This document shows positions 49,012 to 59,789 of a stretch of DNA of 64,000 bases, piece after piece. The notes beneath the pieces are model-generated. The model did no database searches. It was not told the origin of the DNA and saw only the letters and a list, made by a program, of their open reading frames with translations. A program made the position numbers and the translations under genes. Each line of letters begins with the position of its first letter. Position 1 is the first letter of the stretch. Source of the stretch: Mobula hypostoma (taxonomy: Eukaryota); the NCBI RefSeq assembly GCF_963921235.1, contig NC_086103.1:56172001-56236000 (forward strand), given 5' to 3'.

Positions 49012-49280
49012 GGGGTGATGTGGTGGTGAGTGGTTAGCACAGGCAACCTGAGTTCACTTCCTACCATGGCCTGTAAGGAGTTTGTACATTTTCGCCACGA
49101 CCGCATGGGCTTCCTCTGAGTGCTCTGGTTTCCTCCTACAGTCCAAAGACGTACCAGTTGGTAGGTTAATTGGTCATTGCAATTTGTCCTGTGATTAGGC
49201 TCAGATTAAATCAGGGGATTGCTAGGTGGCACGGCTCGAAGGGCAGGAAGGGCCTATTCTGTTTTGCATTTTAATAAATA
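49012..49280 (+). mobile_element. V-SINE (HE1-like)
   Basis: tRNA-like head (TGGTTAGCAC..GAGTTC) plus V-domain GGAGTTTGTACATT..GGTTTCCTCC.ACAGTCCAAAGA and an AATAAATAA tail. Confidence 0.75.
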
Positions 49281-50939
49281 ATTAAGAATTTTCAGCCCCA
49301 TTTTTTCTGGCTTTATTTGTGTTATTGCTAATTGTAGCCAATTACTGGCATGTAATATGTAATTCTGCATGGTTAGTAGCATTGGTATTAAATATTTTAA
49401 TTTCCTAAACTCTGTTATGGGGGCGAGAAGACTTTGTGTCTCTTAAAGTTGATAGTAGAACGGTAGTCTTTCAACCTAGGGTGCATGACCCTCTTGTGGA
49501 CCAATGTGACAAGGTAAGCCCATGAGGTTTAAATAATATTGAGGTAATGTTGTTATAAAGCTCTCAAAAATGTGAAAATAAATTCTAAAAGATGTATACT
49601 AGGTGCACTGGATGTCCTGACCCCAGTAGTGCTGGTGTTCCCCAGGACTTTCCCAGCTTCTTAAAAGTTATGGCCCATTATGTCATTGGGTGTTTATATA
49701 GTGGGTATGTTTTTTACCAAGTGTGAATGAAACGGACTTCCACAGAAAAAGTATAGAAACTATTTCTGTGGACACCAGCTACTGTGATATTGTTTTATTA
49801 GCTGTGTTGTATTTTGAGTTTTCTAAGATTGACAAGTTATAGGTTTAATCTTTTAACTTAAAATTATTTTCACAGGGTTGATATTTATATGATCTTCAAA
49901 AGTGATCTCCAAACTTTTACAGTCCTTCAGAACTGTACAGGATATAGAACAAAGTCATGCAGCCCATCATGGTTATGCTGGCTCATATTAAGCAATACTA
50001 TCATTCCCATTTTCCTTCTGTTCCCCACAACCCTGTAAATTTTAGCTCAGGGCATTACAGATTTCAATACTAGACCTTCAATTATCTCATATGCTAGGAG
50101 AAAATCCATGTAATTTTGTTTATTTGTACAACTATCTGTTAACAGATTAAATACAACTCAGTTAACTCACATTAACAATAATTTCCTATCAGATTAGGGA
50201 AACAATTGAGAAAATTGATCTGTAGCTGGTACAACAATATACTAATTTGTACAATGAATATCACAGAAGTTATACAAAAGTATATCAGTCAGATACTGTG
50301 CAGTTTTGAAAATGTTCTGTATCCACAATTATGATAATGTAAATGCTGATTTGTGTTGCAAAAAAAAAATCAAGAAATGCCTGTGGGTGAAGACTTCCTG
50401 ATCTGCAAAACAACATGCACTGGTCAAGATTCTGTGGTTTGCTTAAAAAAAATCAATGATCTCTGTACCTTTCTTAATAAGTTAATGCCATTTACTTTTG
50501 TACCTTTTGTCAGAGGGTAGTGAATCTCTGGATTTCTCTGCCTCTAACAATGGTGGTGGCCACATCATTAGATATAATTAAGAGGAGAAAGCTAAGTATT
50601 TGAAGGATTAATGAATTGAGGGATATGGTAAACTAGTGCAATAATGGCCATAATAAATCAGCTATGATTATATTGAATGGCAGGTCATGTCATCTTACCA
50701 ACTGTTACAACTTCTTGCCAATTACACAAGAAAGACCTGGAAAAGCATGCTTTGCTAATGAGCTGACAATATTTTCTGGATTTCTGTATTTAACTGGGTT
50801 TATGTATTTTAACTCTATTCTCATTAGCACTAAGTACCAATTGGTTTTATTGCTATTGTCATCATTACTGGGCCTATATTACATCTGTATTAGTAGTTTA
50901 TATTAACAGAAATAGTTCATTTTGTACGTTTTTTTGTAG

Positions 50940-51063
50940 ATGGAAGATGGAGAAAACAACGTTCAATCTTCGGTAGTTGCTTCATCATCAGGTGTAAACC
51001 CAAGCAAAGTCCATGTGGTGAAAGCCAAAGCAACGTCTGTTATTATGAAGTCACTTATGACAC
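50940..51063 (+). CDS. KIAA1191: KIAA1191 coding exon 3
   Basis: Reads MEDGE...KVHVVKAKATSVIMKSLMT; 124 nt, donor C|GTAAGG. Confidence 0.93.
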
Positions 51064-52613
51064 GTAAGGAATTTAAAATTGCTATGTTGGTTGTCAACCT
51101 TAACTTCATAGGGAAGATCATAAGGAAACTACTTCTACCAATTTCATAATTTTAAGTATTTACTTCACTATTGATCCCAAATTCTTTCCTTTCAACCATC
51201 CTGTCATCAAACAGTTATGCAGTCCTGAAGTATGATTCTTACTGAATTGATTGTTTCAGTTTTGAGTTGAACTGCTGATTTCAACCTTTTGCCTTTTGCT
51301 GTCATTCTTTTGCCACTGATTTATTTACTTGCTCCATTTACATTGTTGATCTGTCCATTTCCCAGATCCTTGTACAAGGACCTTGATATTTCAAGATTTT
51401 AAACCTTGGTTTCATAACACTGATTAAATGTATATGGTATTTGCCATAAGCCCGTTGATTCATTGTCAGATCTGATTTGATTTGTATTTGCTATCTTTCA
51501 CTGACTAAATCTTACTTCAATCACATTTTGGATTTATTATGTGATTACTTCTAAATATGCTTGTCAAGTACAACATGAAAAAACAGTAAATTGCCAGATA
51601 CTAGAAATCTGAATCATAATAGGCAGCACCTGTAGAGAGAGTGAGTTTCTAAACTTTTATCACATCTTTCATTTGAGTTCTAAACAAAAAAGCAAGGTGA
51701 TCAAAAATTTAGTTCACAACCAAGGAATTCGGATATAATTTAAAGAAAGAGAGGGGTGGGGTGGGATTCCAGGTTCAATTCCAGAGCATGGAAACAAGAA
51801 TGAAAATATTAAAATCAAGGTTAAGCAGTCGATATTGGTGTGATAGACAAACTGGACCATACAAATTAGAGTAAAGAATGCTGGAAGCACTCAGCAGAAC
51901 AGGCAGTTCTGTGGAACAAAATTAATAACTATAATTGAAGACCCTTTTCCAAACACCAAAACAGTTTTTGACCAGAAACATTAGCTTTCCACAGATGCTG
52001 CAGATTAATTGTGATAAGTGGAAACTGTTAAGCTGGTAAAGTGTTCCAGGACTAAGATGATTATCCTTCAGCAACCAAAATAATCTTCCATTGAGCACGA
52101 TATGATTTCAGTCAGTGAAAACCTTTTTACTTTGACTTCAGAGATCAGGCACTGCCTTGATGATGCGGGACATCCGCTCTCTTCTTGGCTCTTGCTGCAT
52201 GTCCATTTTTGGATACAAAGATTTACCGAGGTCTGTAGTTTAGTATAATTATTACAATTTAAGTTGAATATCAGTATTATCAGTAGATCCGACTTCGTAG
52301 CACTTTCAACCTGTTTCCCTGCTGATTCATTACAATGTGATGGTAGCTGGATTTGATTGATTCTACACAGAATGCTGGAGGATCTCAGCAAGTCAGATAG
52401 CATTCATAGAAGTGAACAAACAGTTGACATTTCGTGCCGAGACCCTGCTTCAGGACTGGGAAAGAAGGGGGAAGGCCGAAGACACCAGAATAAAAATGTT
52501 GGGGGGAGGGGAAGAGAGATAGCAAGAAGGTGATAGGTGAAGCCAGGTGGGTGGGCTTCTCACTATACCTCTTCCCCCACCCCACCTCTGCCTTCCCCTT
52601 CCTTTCAAAGTTC

Positions 52614-54105
52614 ATAGAACATAGAACAGTACAGCACAGTACAGGCCCTTCGGCCCACAATATTGTGCCGACCCTCAAACCCTGCCTCCCATATAAGACC
52701 CCACCTTAAATTTCTCCATATACCTGTCTAGTAATCTCTTAAACTTCACTAGTGTATCTGCCTCCACCACTGACTCAGGCAGTGCATTCCTCGCACCAAC
52801 CACTCTCTGATCAAAAACCTTCCTCTAATATCCCCCCTGAACTTCCCACCCCTTACCTTAAAGCCATGTCCTCTTGTATTGAGCAGTGGTGCCCTGGGGA
52901 AGAGGCGCTGGCTATCCACTCTATCTATTCCTCTTATTATCTTGTACACCTCTAGCATGTCTCCTCTCATCCTCCTTCTCTTCAAAAAGAGTAAAGCCCT
53001 AGCTCCCTTAATCTCTGATCATAATGCATACTCTCTAAACCAGGCAGCATCCTGGTAAATCCCCTCTGTGCCCTTTCCAATGCTTCCACATCCTTCCTGT
53101 AGTGAGGTGACCAGAACTGGACACAGTACTCCAAGTGTGGCCTAACCAGAGTTTTATAGAGCTGCATCATTACATCGCGACTCTTAAACTCTATCCCTTG
53201 ACTTATGAAAGCTAACACCCCATAAGCTTTCTTAACTACCCTATCTACCTGTGAGGCAACTTTCAGGGATCTGTGGACATGTACCCCGAGATCCCTCTGC
53301 TCCTCCACACTACCAAGTATCCTGCCATTTACTTTGTACTCTGTCTTGGAGTTTGTCCTTCCAAAGTGTACCACCTCACACTTCTCCGGGTTGAACTCCA
53401 TCTGCCACTTCTCAGCCCACTTCTGCATCCTATCGATGTCTCTCTGCAATCTTTGTCAATCTTCTACACTATCTACAACACCACCAACCTTTGTGTCGTC
53501 TGCAAACTTGCCAACCCACCCTTCTACCCCCACATCCAGGTCGTTAATAAAAATCATGAAAAGTAGAGGTCTCAGAACAGATCCTTGTGGGACACCACTA
53601 GTCACAATCCTCCAATCTGAATGTACTCCCTCCACCACCACCCTCTGCCTTCTGCAGGCAAGCCAATTCTGAATCCACCTGGCCAAACTTCCCTGGATCC
53701 CATGCCTTCTGACTTTCTGAATAAGCCTACCGTGTCAAATGCCTTACCAAAATCCATATAGATCACATCCACTGCACTACCCTCATCTGTATGCCTGGTC
53801 ACCTCCTCAAAGAACTCTATCAGGCTTGTTAGACACAATCTGCCCTTCACAAAGCCATGCTGACTGTCCCTGATCAGACCATGATTCTCTAAATGTCTAT
53901 AGATCCTATCTCTAAGAATCTTTTCCAACAGCTTTCTCATCACAGACGTAAGGCTCACTGGTCTGTAATTACCCGGACTATCCCTACTACCTTTTTTGAA
54001 CAAGGGGACAACATTCGCCTCCCTCCAATCCTCCGGTACCATTCTCGTGAACAACGAGGACATAAAGATCCTAGCCAGAGGCTCAGCAATCTCTTCTCTC
54101 GCCTC
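52614..54105 (-). mobile_element. Relatively young CR1 LINE (RT and 3' end)
   Basis: Long ORF2 blocks: [56 protein letters not shown]. (GTTCTAT)n tail. Confidence 0.92.
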
Positions 54106-55976
54106 GTGGTGATTTTGTTATCAGAGTACATGTATATCACCATGTACAACCCTGAGATTCCTTTTCTTGCGGGCATACTCAATAAGTAGATAATAGAATA
54201 ATAACCATAACAGAATCAGTGAAAGACCACACCAATTTAGGTGTTTAACTAGTCCGCAATATGGCATTGGAGCTGTGCTTAGCCACTTAGTTATAAGTGT
54301 AAAGTGAATAGAGCAGGGGGCTAAGGACACAGCCTTGTGGTGCACCTGTGCTGATGGAGATTATGGAGGAGATGTTGTTGCCAATCCAAATTGACTGGGG
54401 TCTGCAGATGAGCGAATCAAGGATACAATGGCACAAGGATGTATTGAGGCCAAGGTCTTAGAGCTTACTGATTAGTTTGGAGGGGATGATGGTATTGAAT
54501 GTAGGTGATGAGGAGTATCCTGATGAAGCTCTTGAAGAAAGGTCTGGCACAGAAACATTAACTGTTTGTTTATTTCCATGGATGTTGTCTGACCTGCTGA
54601 GTTCTGATAGCATTTTGTCTGTGTTGTTCTGGATTTCCTGTATCTGCAGAATTTCTTGTGTTTTTGTCTTATCCTAGCCTCTATGGACACAGTTCTACTT
54701 TGAATTGATAATAATGTTAAAACTGTGCTGAAATTTCAGGAATGTATATTGTATACATTTCTCTGACATTAAATGTACCTATTGAAACCTATTGAATAAC
54801 TGGACAAGGTGTGGACAGTTCTGAGGCACTGCTTAGTGCTGCGGTAGGGATGCTATTGGGCCTCTGGCTTGCCAGCCGTTCCTTGATGTTCCATGGAGTG
54901 GTCAGGTTGATAAAGATTTGTTCCATCATCTTGAGCACTTCTGAGAAGCTGCATGGTTCATCCACCTAATCTGCTTGAAAATTGCTTGAGTTCAGTCTTT
55001 AGTATTCACGCACAAGGACCTTGTCATTAGTCATGGAGCAACTTCCTTTTATCTATTTAATCATCCATCATGTCTCTCAAATAGTTGTCACAGGATTGCA
55101 GACGTTTGATCTGATTTGTTAGTTTAGCAGTTGCTTAGCTCTTGTCTACACCGTGTCCTCTTCTATTTAGCAGGCTTGTCATCCAGTGGCAAAGACCTGG
55201 TGAAGCTTCTGAATAGTGTCAACTTCTGGTGGATTATAATTAAAGTTTCTGCATTATCCCATCTATGGAAATCCCTGAGATGGAAACCATCTGGTCCTGG
55301 GAATTGGTCATTTTCTGGTGGCATCCAGTCTTCTTTGCTTTTGTTTTGCTTGTGTTACCTACACCTGGTTCAGTATTAATTTTCTAAAGATATGTAGTTG
55401 ATTTTGTAATATTGATACAAAGCAATCATGCAATTTTGTTTCCAATTTCCTGATTTTCATTTAGTTATCAGTTAATGATTTGAAAAATCTACAATACATT
55501 GCACTTTTATCCTAATTAGTTTTTGTGGATTTGTCCTTTGTAAGTTTCTTTCTTGTATTACTAAGCAATCGACATAAAGATCTGATACTAAACACACAGT
55601 TGCTGTTGGAAACACAGAAACGGTTTAATTTGTATGTTATTCATACTGTTTATTTCGTTCTCTTTTGTGCCATTTGTATCTCAGTTCTGTTTACAAAGGT
55701 GTTTTAGAGCTCTCACTCAAGTGTCTAACTACTATATTTTTAAAAAATTCTTGCAATGTCCCCTGGAGAGTTCATTTGAAGTTGAATTTTTTTTTGTGAA
55801 AATTGTTGGAGGTATTCAATTTAAATACAGTTTAGGTATATTTGAAGGGAAATGTGTGTTAAGTATGAGCTCTTTTATGTTAATTGTTCAGCAATATACA
55901 CTGATTATTCTTGATTCCTCTAGTTGGTAAAGTATTAATATTTCTGATTTGTATAATTTTATATTTTGATTACCAG

Positions 55977-56101
55977 AGCAGACACAGGAAAGTATACAAC
56001 GGTTTGAGAAGCAGGCAGGTCTAATGGATGCTGGTTACCAACCACACAAAGGTCTAGTTGCAGAAGAGGCCAGCTATCACCGCGTAGGAGAGGCATTACA
56101 G
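55977..56101 (+). CDS. KIAA1191: KIAA1191 coding exon 4
   Basis: Reads QTQESIQRFEKQAGLMDAGYQPHKGLVAEEASYHRVGEALQ; 125 nt. Confidence 0.95.
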
Positions 56102-57052
56102 GTAACAATAGGGCTCTTTTACATTTATAAATTAGATGAACTGCATTCCAGTTCAGGTATGGCAATGCACAATGCAGATTAAACCTTCCTGTTATGAGCA
56201 AAACCATCCACACTAAAGGATGATTTGGTGATTAATCTTCTAGTACTTTTGCTTCAGAGCTATGTTGAAACCATTTATGTCAGTGATGGTAGGACAGTCT
56301 TAGCAAAAAGACTTTTTATCTCTATTGATACTGAAGCTATTTTTTAAAAAAGTCAAATCGGCCTTATGTAGAATATGAAATCACTGCAGAAGTGTATCTT
56401 GGTCAGTATTGTACTCGAGTTTTCAACAGCTATTTTCTTTTAATTGCTATTCTACAGTTTTAAACCTAAATATTGACTATTGGGTGTTTACATTTGGAGT
56501 ATGGAAGGATTAAACCTTAAGTAGTGTGCAGCTTTGATCTTACTACTTTCAAAAAAGATATGCTTGGCATTGAAGGAATGCAACAAAGGTTCAACAGATT
56601 CCTGGGTTGTATTAGGAGAATTTGTGTTGATTTGGTCTTTATTTACTCCGAAGAATAAGGAGAGACATGATAATCTAATTTTGTTTAAGAAGGAAATAAA
56701 TCTTTAGATAGAAAAGGCTTCAAGGGATATAGAGAGGGGATGGAAAATAGAATCGAGGAGCTAGATCAGTCGTAAACATTCTGAATCGCAGATGGTCTTG
56801 AATGGACAACTTCTGTGTTCTTTTCAGTATTCTGCACTTTTTGAAGCAAGGTCTCACTATCATTTTGCCTTAAGCTTGTAATCCATTCCTTTTGCTAATT
56901 TAACTGGGGAAAGCATTAAAGTTTTCTGGACTTTGAGTCATTTATTGATTAGCTTTACTAACTGAGTCTTGTGAACTGGATGGATGGTTTGTGAGATGAC
57001 ACCCTTTCATTGTCTCCTTAAGTATTTATATTTGTGACTTGTGATTCTTCAG

Positions 57053-57159
57053 AAATTCAAAGCACAGAGTGTGGACCTAAGTAAAGAAGATAAGTCGATA
57101 TCCTCCACTCAGTCAACTCCTTGTGGATCTCCACAGTCTTCGCCAATGCCAAATCGCAG
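57053..57159 (+). CDS. KIAA1191: KIAA1191 coding exon 5
   Basis: Reads KFKAQSVDLSKEDKSISSTQSTPCGSPQSSPMPNRR; 107 nt. Confidence 0.92.
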
Positions 57160-57294
57160 GTATAGATAGTAGTCATAGAAATGAGTAGATCATCTGTTCA
57201 CACGAGGAATCCTGCAGATGTTGGAATATCAAGCAACACACATAAAAATTGCTGGTAAACGCAGCAGGCCTGGCAGCATCTATAGGAAGAGGTA

Positions 57295-57332
57295 CAGTCG
57301 ACGTTTCGGGCCGAGACCCTTCGTCAAGACTA
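57295..57332 (-). ncRNA. Hammerhead motif with C3U core substitution (probably impaired)
   Basis: TAGTC-TTGACGA-AGGGTCTCGGCCC-GAAAC-GTC-GACTG on the minus strand. Confidence 0.45.
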
Positions 57333-58103
57333 ACTGAAAGAAGAGAAATATTGCTTTCCATTGGAAATAAATTGTAAACATTAACATTACTCAAATGTGT
57401 TCTGCCTGCATAACTGACTTCTCTGACATGACAAAATACTGTGTAAAATACATACCTCCCATCCATATCCTTTCTAGTATCTCCTGCAATAAATACCCTG
57501 TGTGTTGGTAACAAGAAAATAAAAAGTCATAGTATCAACTGCAAAGTGAGATGGAGAAAATTTCTGGCCCGGCCTTGCTGTGAAGTTCCATGCCCCTCCT
57601 TGCCCAACCTCACTCACCTCTGGAGTGACAGCACCAGGACTCCAAGTTCTTTTACTTTAAAGATCATTTTCTTCCTGTTGAGATGACACGTCTGGCATAA
57701 CCAGGAGAAAGATAGCCACTGCTTTGTAAGCTTCTGTCGATGAAACAGTCCCAACAGTACCAGCAGAAAACAACAGTGAAACACAGCAGGATGTAACGCA
57801 GGACATTACTACTCACCAGAAGAGCTTTTGTTCTTAAAACAAAAGAGTCTAAATGAAGCTTGTACGCTTCAGCATGACAGCAAGCTGAAAGCAAGAAATG
57901 TAGAAAAAAATGTTTAAAGGAGGAAGTCCCCCCTCCCCCTTTCTTTCTCCCTAGGCCTCCCGTCCCATGATCCTCTCATATCCCTTTTGCCTATCAACTT
58001 GCCAGCTCTTAGCTCCATCCCTCCCCCTCCTGTCTTTTGCTATCATTTTGGATCTCCCCCTCCCCCTCTCACTTTCAAATCTCTTACTAACTCTTCTTTC
58101 AGT

Positions 58104-58141
58104 TAGTCCTGACGAAGGGTCTCGGCCCGAAACGTCGACTG
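58104..58141 (+). ncRNA. Minimal type-I hammerhead ribozyme, sense strand of a KIAA1191 intron
   Basis: Stem I TAGTC/GACTG, core CTGACGA(A), stem II GGGT-CTCG-GCCC, GAAA, palindromic ACGT stem III. Predicted cleavage after GUC at 58136. Confidence 0.78.
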
Positions 58142-59272
58142 TACCTCTTCCTATAGATGCTGCCTGGCCTGCTGCGTTCACCAGCAATTTTTATGTGTGT
58201 TGCTAGATCATCTGTTCATTTAGTTTACATAAAATTGCTACAGCTATTGTCAAATATTATTTTAAAGAACCTACATAAAATGAAATTGTTCTACTGTTTG
58301 GACGTTTAATTACCCTACAGTGATAATTAATGGTAAGACATCCATATTGCCATCCATAATAGAGGTGAAATTGGTAAAAGTTGTTAGCAGTGATGAAAGA
58401 TTTTTGTTGGGATATACTCTGTCATTTAACTTACTGTGCAACAATTATAAAGATAAAGGCACATAAAGATTCTTTGTTAAGGTGGAGCTCAATCGTACTT
58501 TACAGGTTTAGGTTATTGGCAATTTAGTGATCGAGGGTGGGAAAAAAACGTTGTAAACATATGAGCTCATTTACTAATTTATTCAACATAATGCACAGTA
58601 ATAATTTAGCTTGAAGTTGCCCTTTCATACAATCCATTTTTAGGATTGAAAAGTATGCATTTTTATATATTAGGTGCAATGTCCTTGGGGAGGATTACTT
58701 AACTAGGTTTCATGGCCTAAAAATTCTACTGTATAGTGCAACTATTTTAAAATGCATATCTGGGCATTTTATGTCAAATCGTCACATCCACTTCTTCTGT
58801 ACAATTCTACCATGCATAGTGCAGGCCTTGCACATTGAAATAGGTCTTAAAATGAGGGTAGATCACTGCATTACAGGTATGTTAACTGGATTGAACCCTG
58901 GCGTTATCTGGGCTACTTACAGGATTCTGAGACAGATAATGTCAAATGTCTTACATTACTTGTGTTCCTTCTTTAAACATTCTTTGTTAATGATTGTCAA
59001 CCCATATCTCTGTCCCATCTCCTAGAAAATATAAGAGCAAGACTGAGAGAGAGAGTGTGTGTGTACATGTGCACGCACAGGCGTGGAACTGCAAGGCTTT
59101 AAACTTCATGCTTAATAGAATATTGGAGCTAGGGGTCTGTAACAAACGTGCAGAGAACTGTCTTAATTTGTGATTTTACACACATTGCATTTTTTGGTTC
59201 ATTATTTTAATTAATACTATATTGTGTTAGAGGAGAAGGAATATTTTATTGTCTTTCTGGTGATGGCTTCAG

Positions 59273-59415
59273 GTCTTTGTTTGGTCATGGAGCATCTTCT
59301 GATTTGAGCAGTAAAAGTCTAGAAGGAGATTCCACCGCATCAGTTAGTGAAGTAACCACCACTGAAAAATGGAGGCCTTTTATGCGTTCACAAAATTACA
59401 GAGGAATTGAACAAG
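59273..59415 (+). CDS. KIAA1191: KIAA1191 coding exon 6 (remaining exons not seen, presumably right of the window)
   Basis: Reads SLFGHGASSDLSSKSLEGDSTASVSEVTTTEKWRPFMRSQNYRGIEQ; 143 nt, phase 2/1 fits. Confidence 0.8.
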
Positions 59416-59789
59416 GTAGGAAAAGCATTAATATTTATTTGTTAAGCATAGTTTCAATCTACATACCTAGTGCCGTTCAGTTGTTTCCATTGGACTAAGT
59501 GCTCATGAATGGGATTAGTTTAGATGGTGCTTGATGATCAATGTGGATATGGTGCACCAAAGGTCATATTTCTGTGTTTTATGACTCTGATTTTTAACAT
59601 CTAAATTCATTACTTGAAGAAAGAATAGACATAGAAATCAAATTTCCTGAACAAAATTGAAATGCACTTCCTTTATCAATGCAATTTGTTAATTATTCAA
59701 GTCTGTAATTTCTTTTTTCTTTTCAGCCTCATAACCTTTCAGATGAGAATTCCAAAGATTCACTATCTGAATGAAAATATTTTAGACCA

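Larger units (their letters stand above)
57201..58203. mobile_element. Penelope-derived composite insertion: inverted pseudo-LTR piece, about 580 bp filler, pseudo-LTR
   Basis: Perfect 15-bp TSD TAGATCATCTGTTCA (57186-57200, 58204-58218). Arms at 57201-57345 (-) and about 57925-58203 (+). Confidence 0.85.

Noticed and set aside
52421-52458. Further hammerhead-like motifs (also near 29755-29810, 42854-42888 and 54518-54565)
   Set aside because: Multiple core or stem substitutions; treated as decayed Penelope-derived repeats rather than ribozymes.
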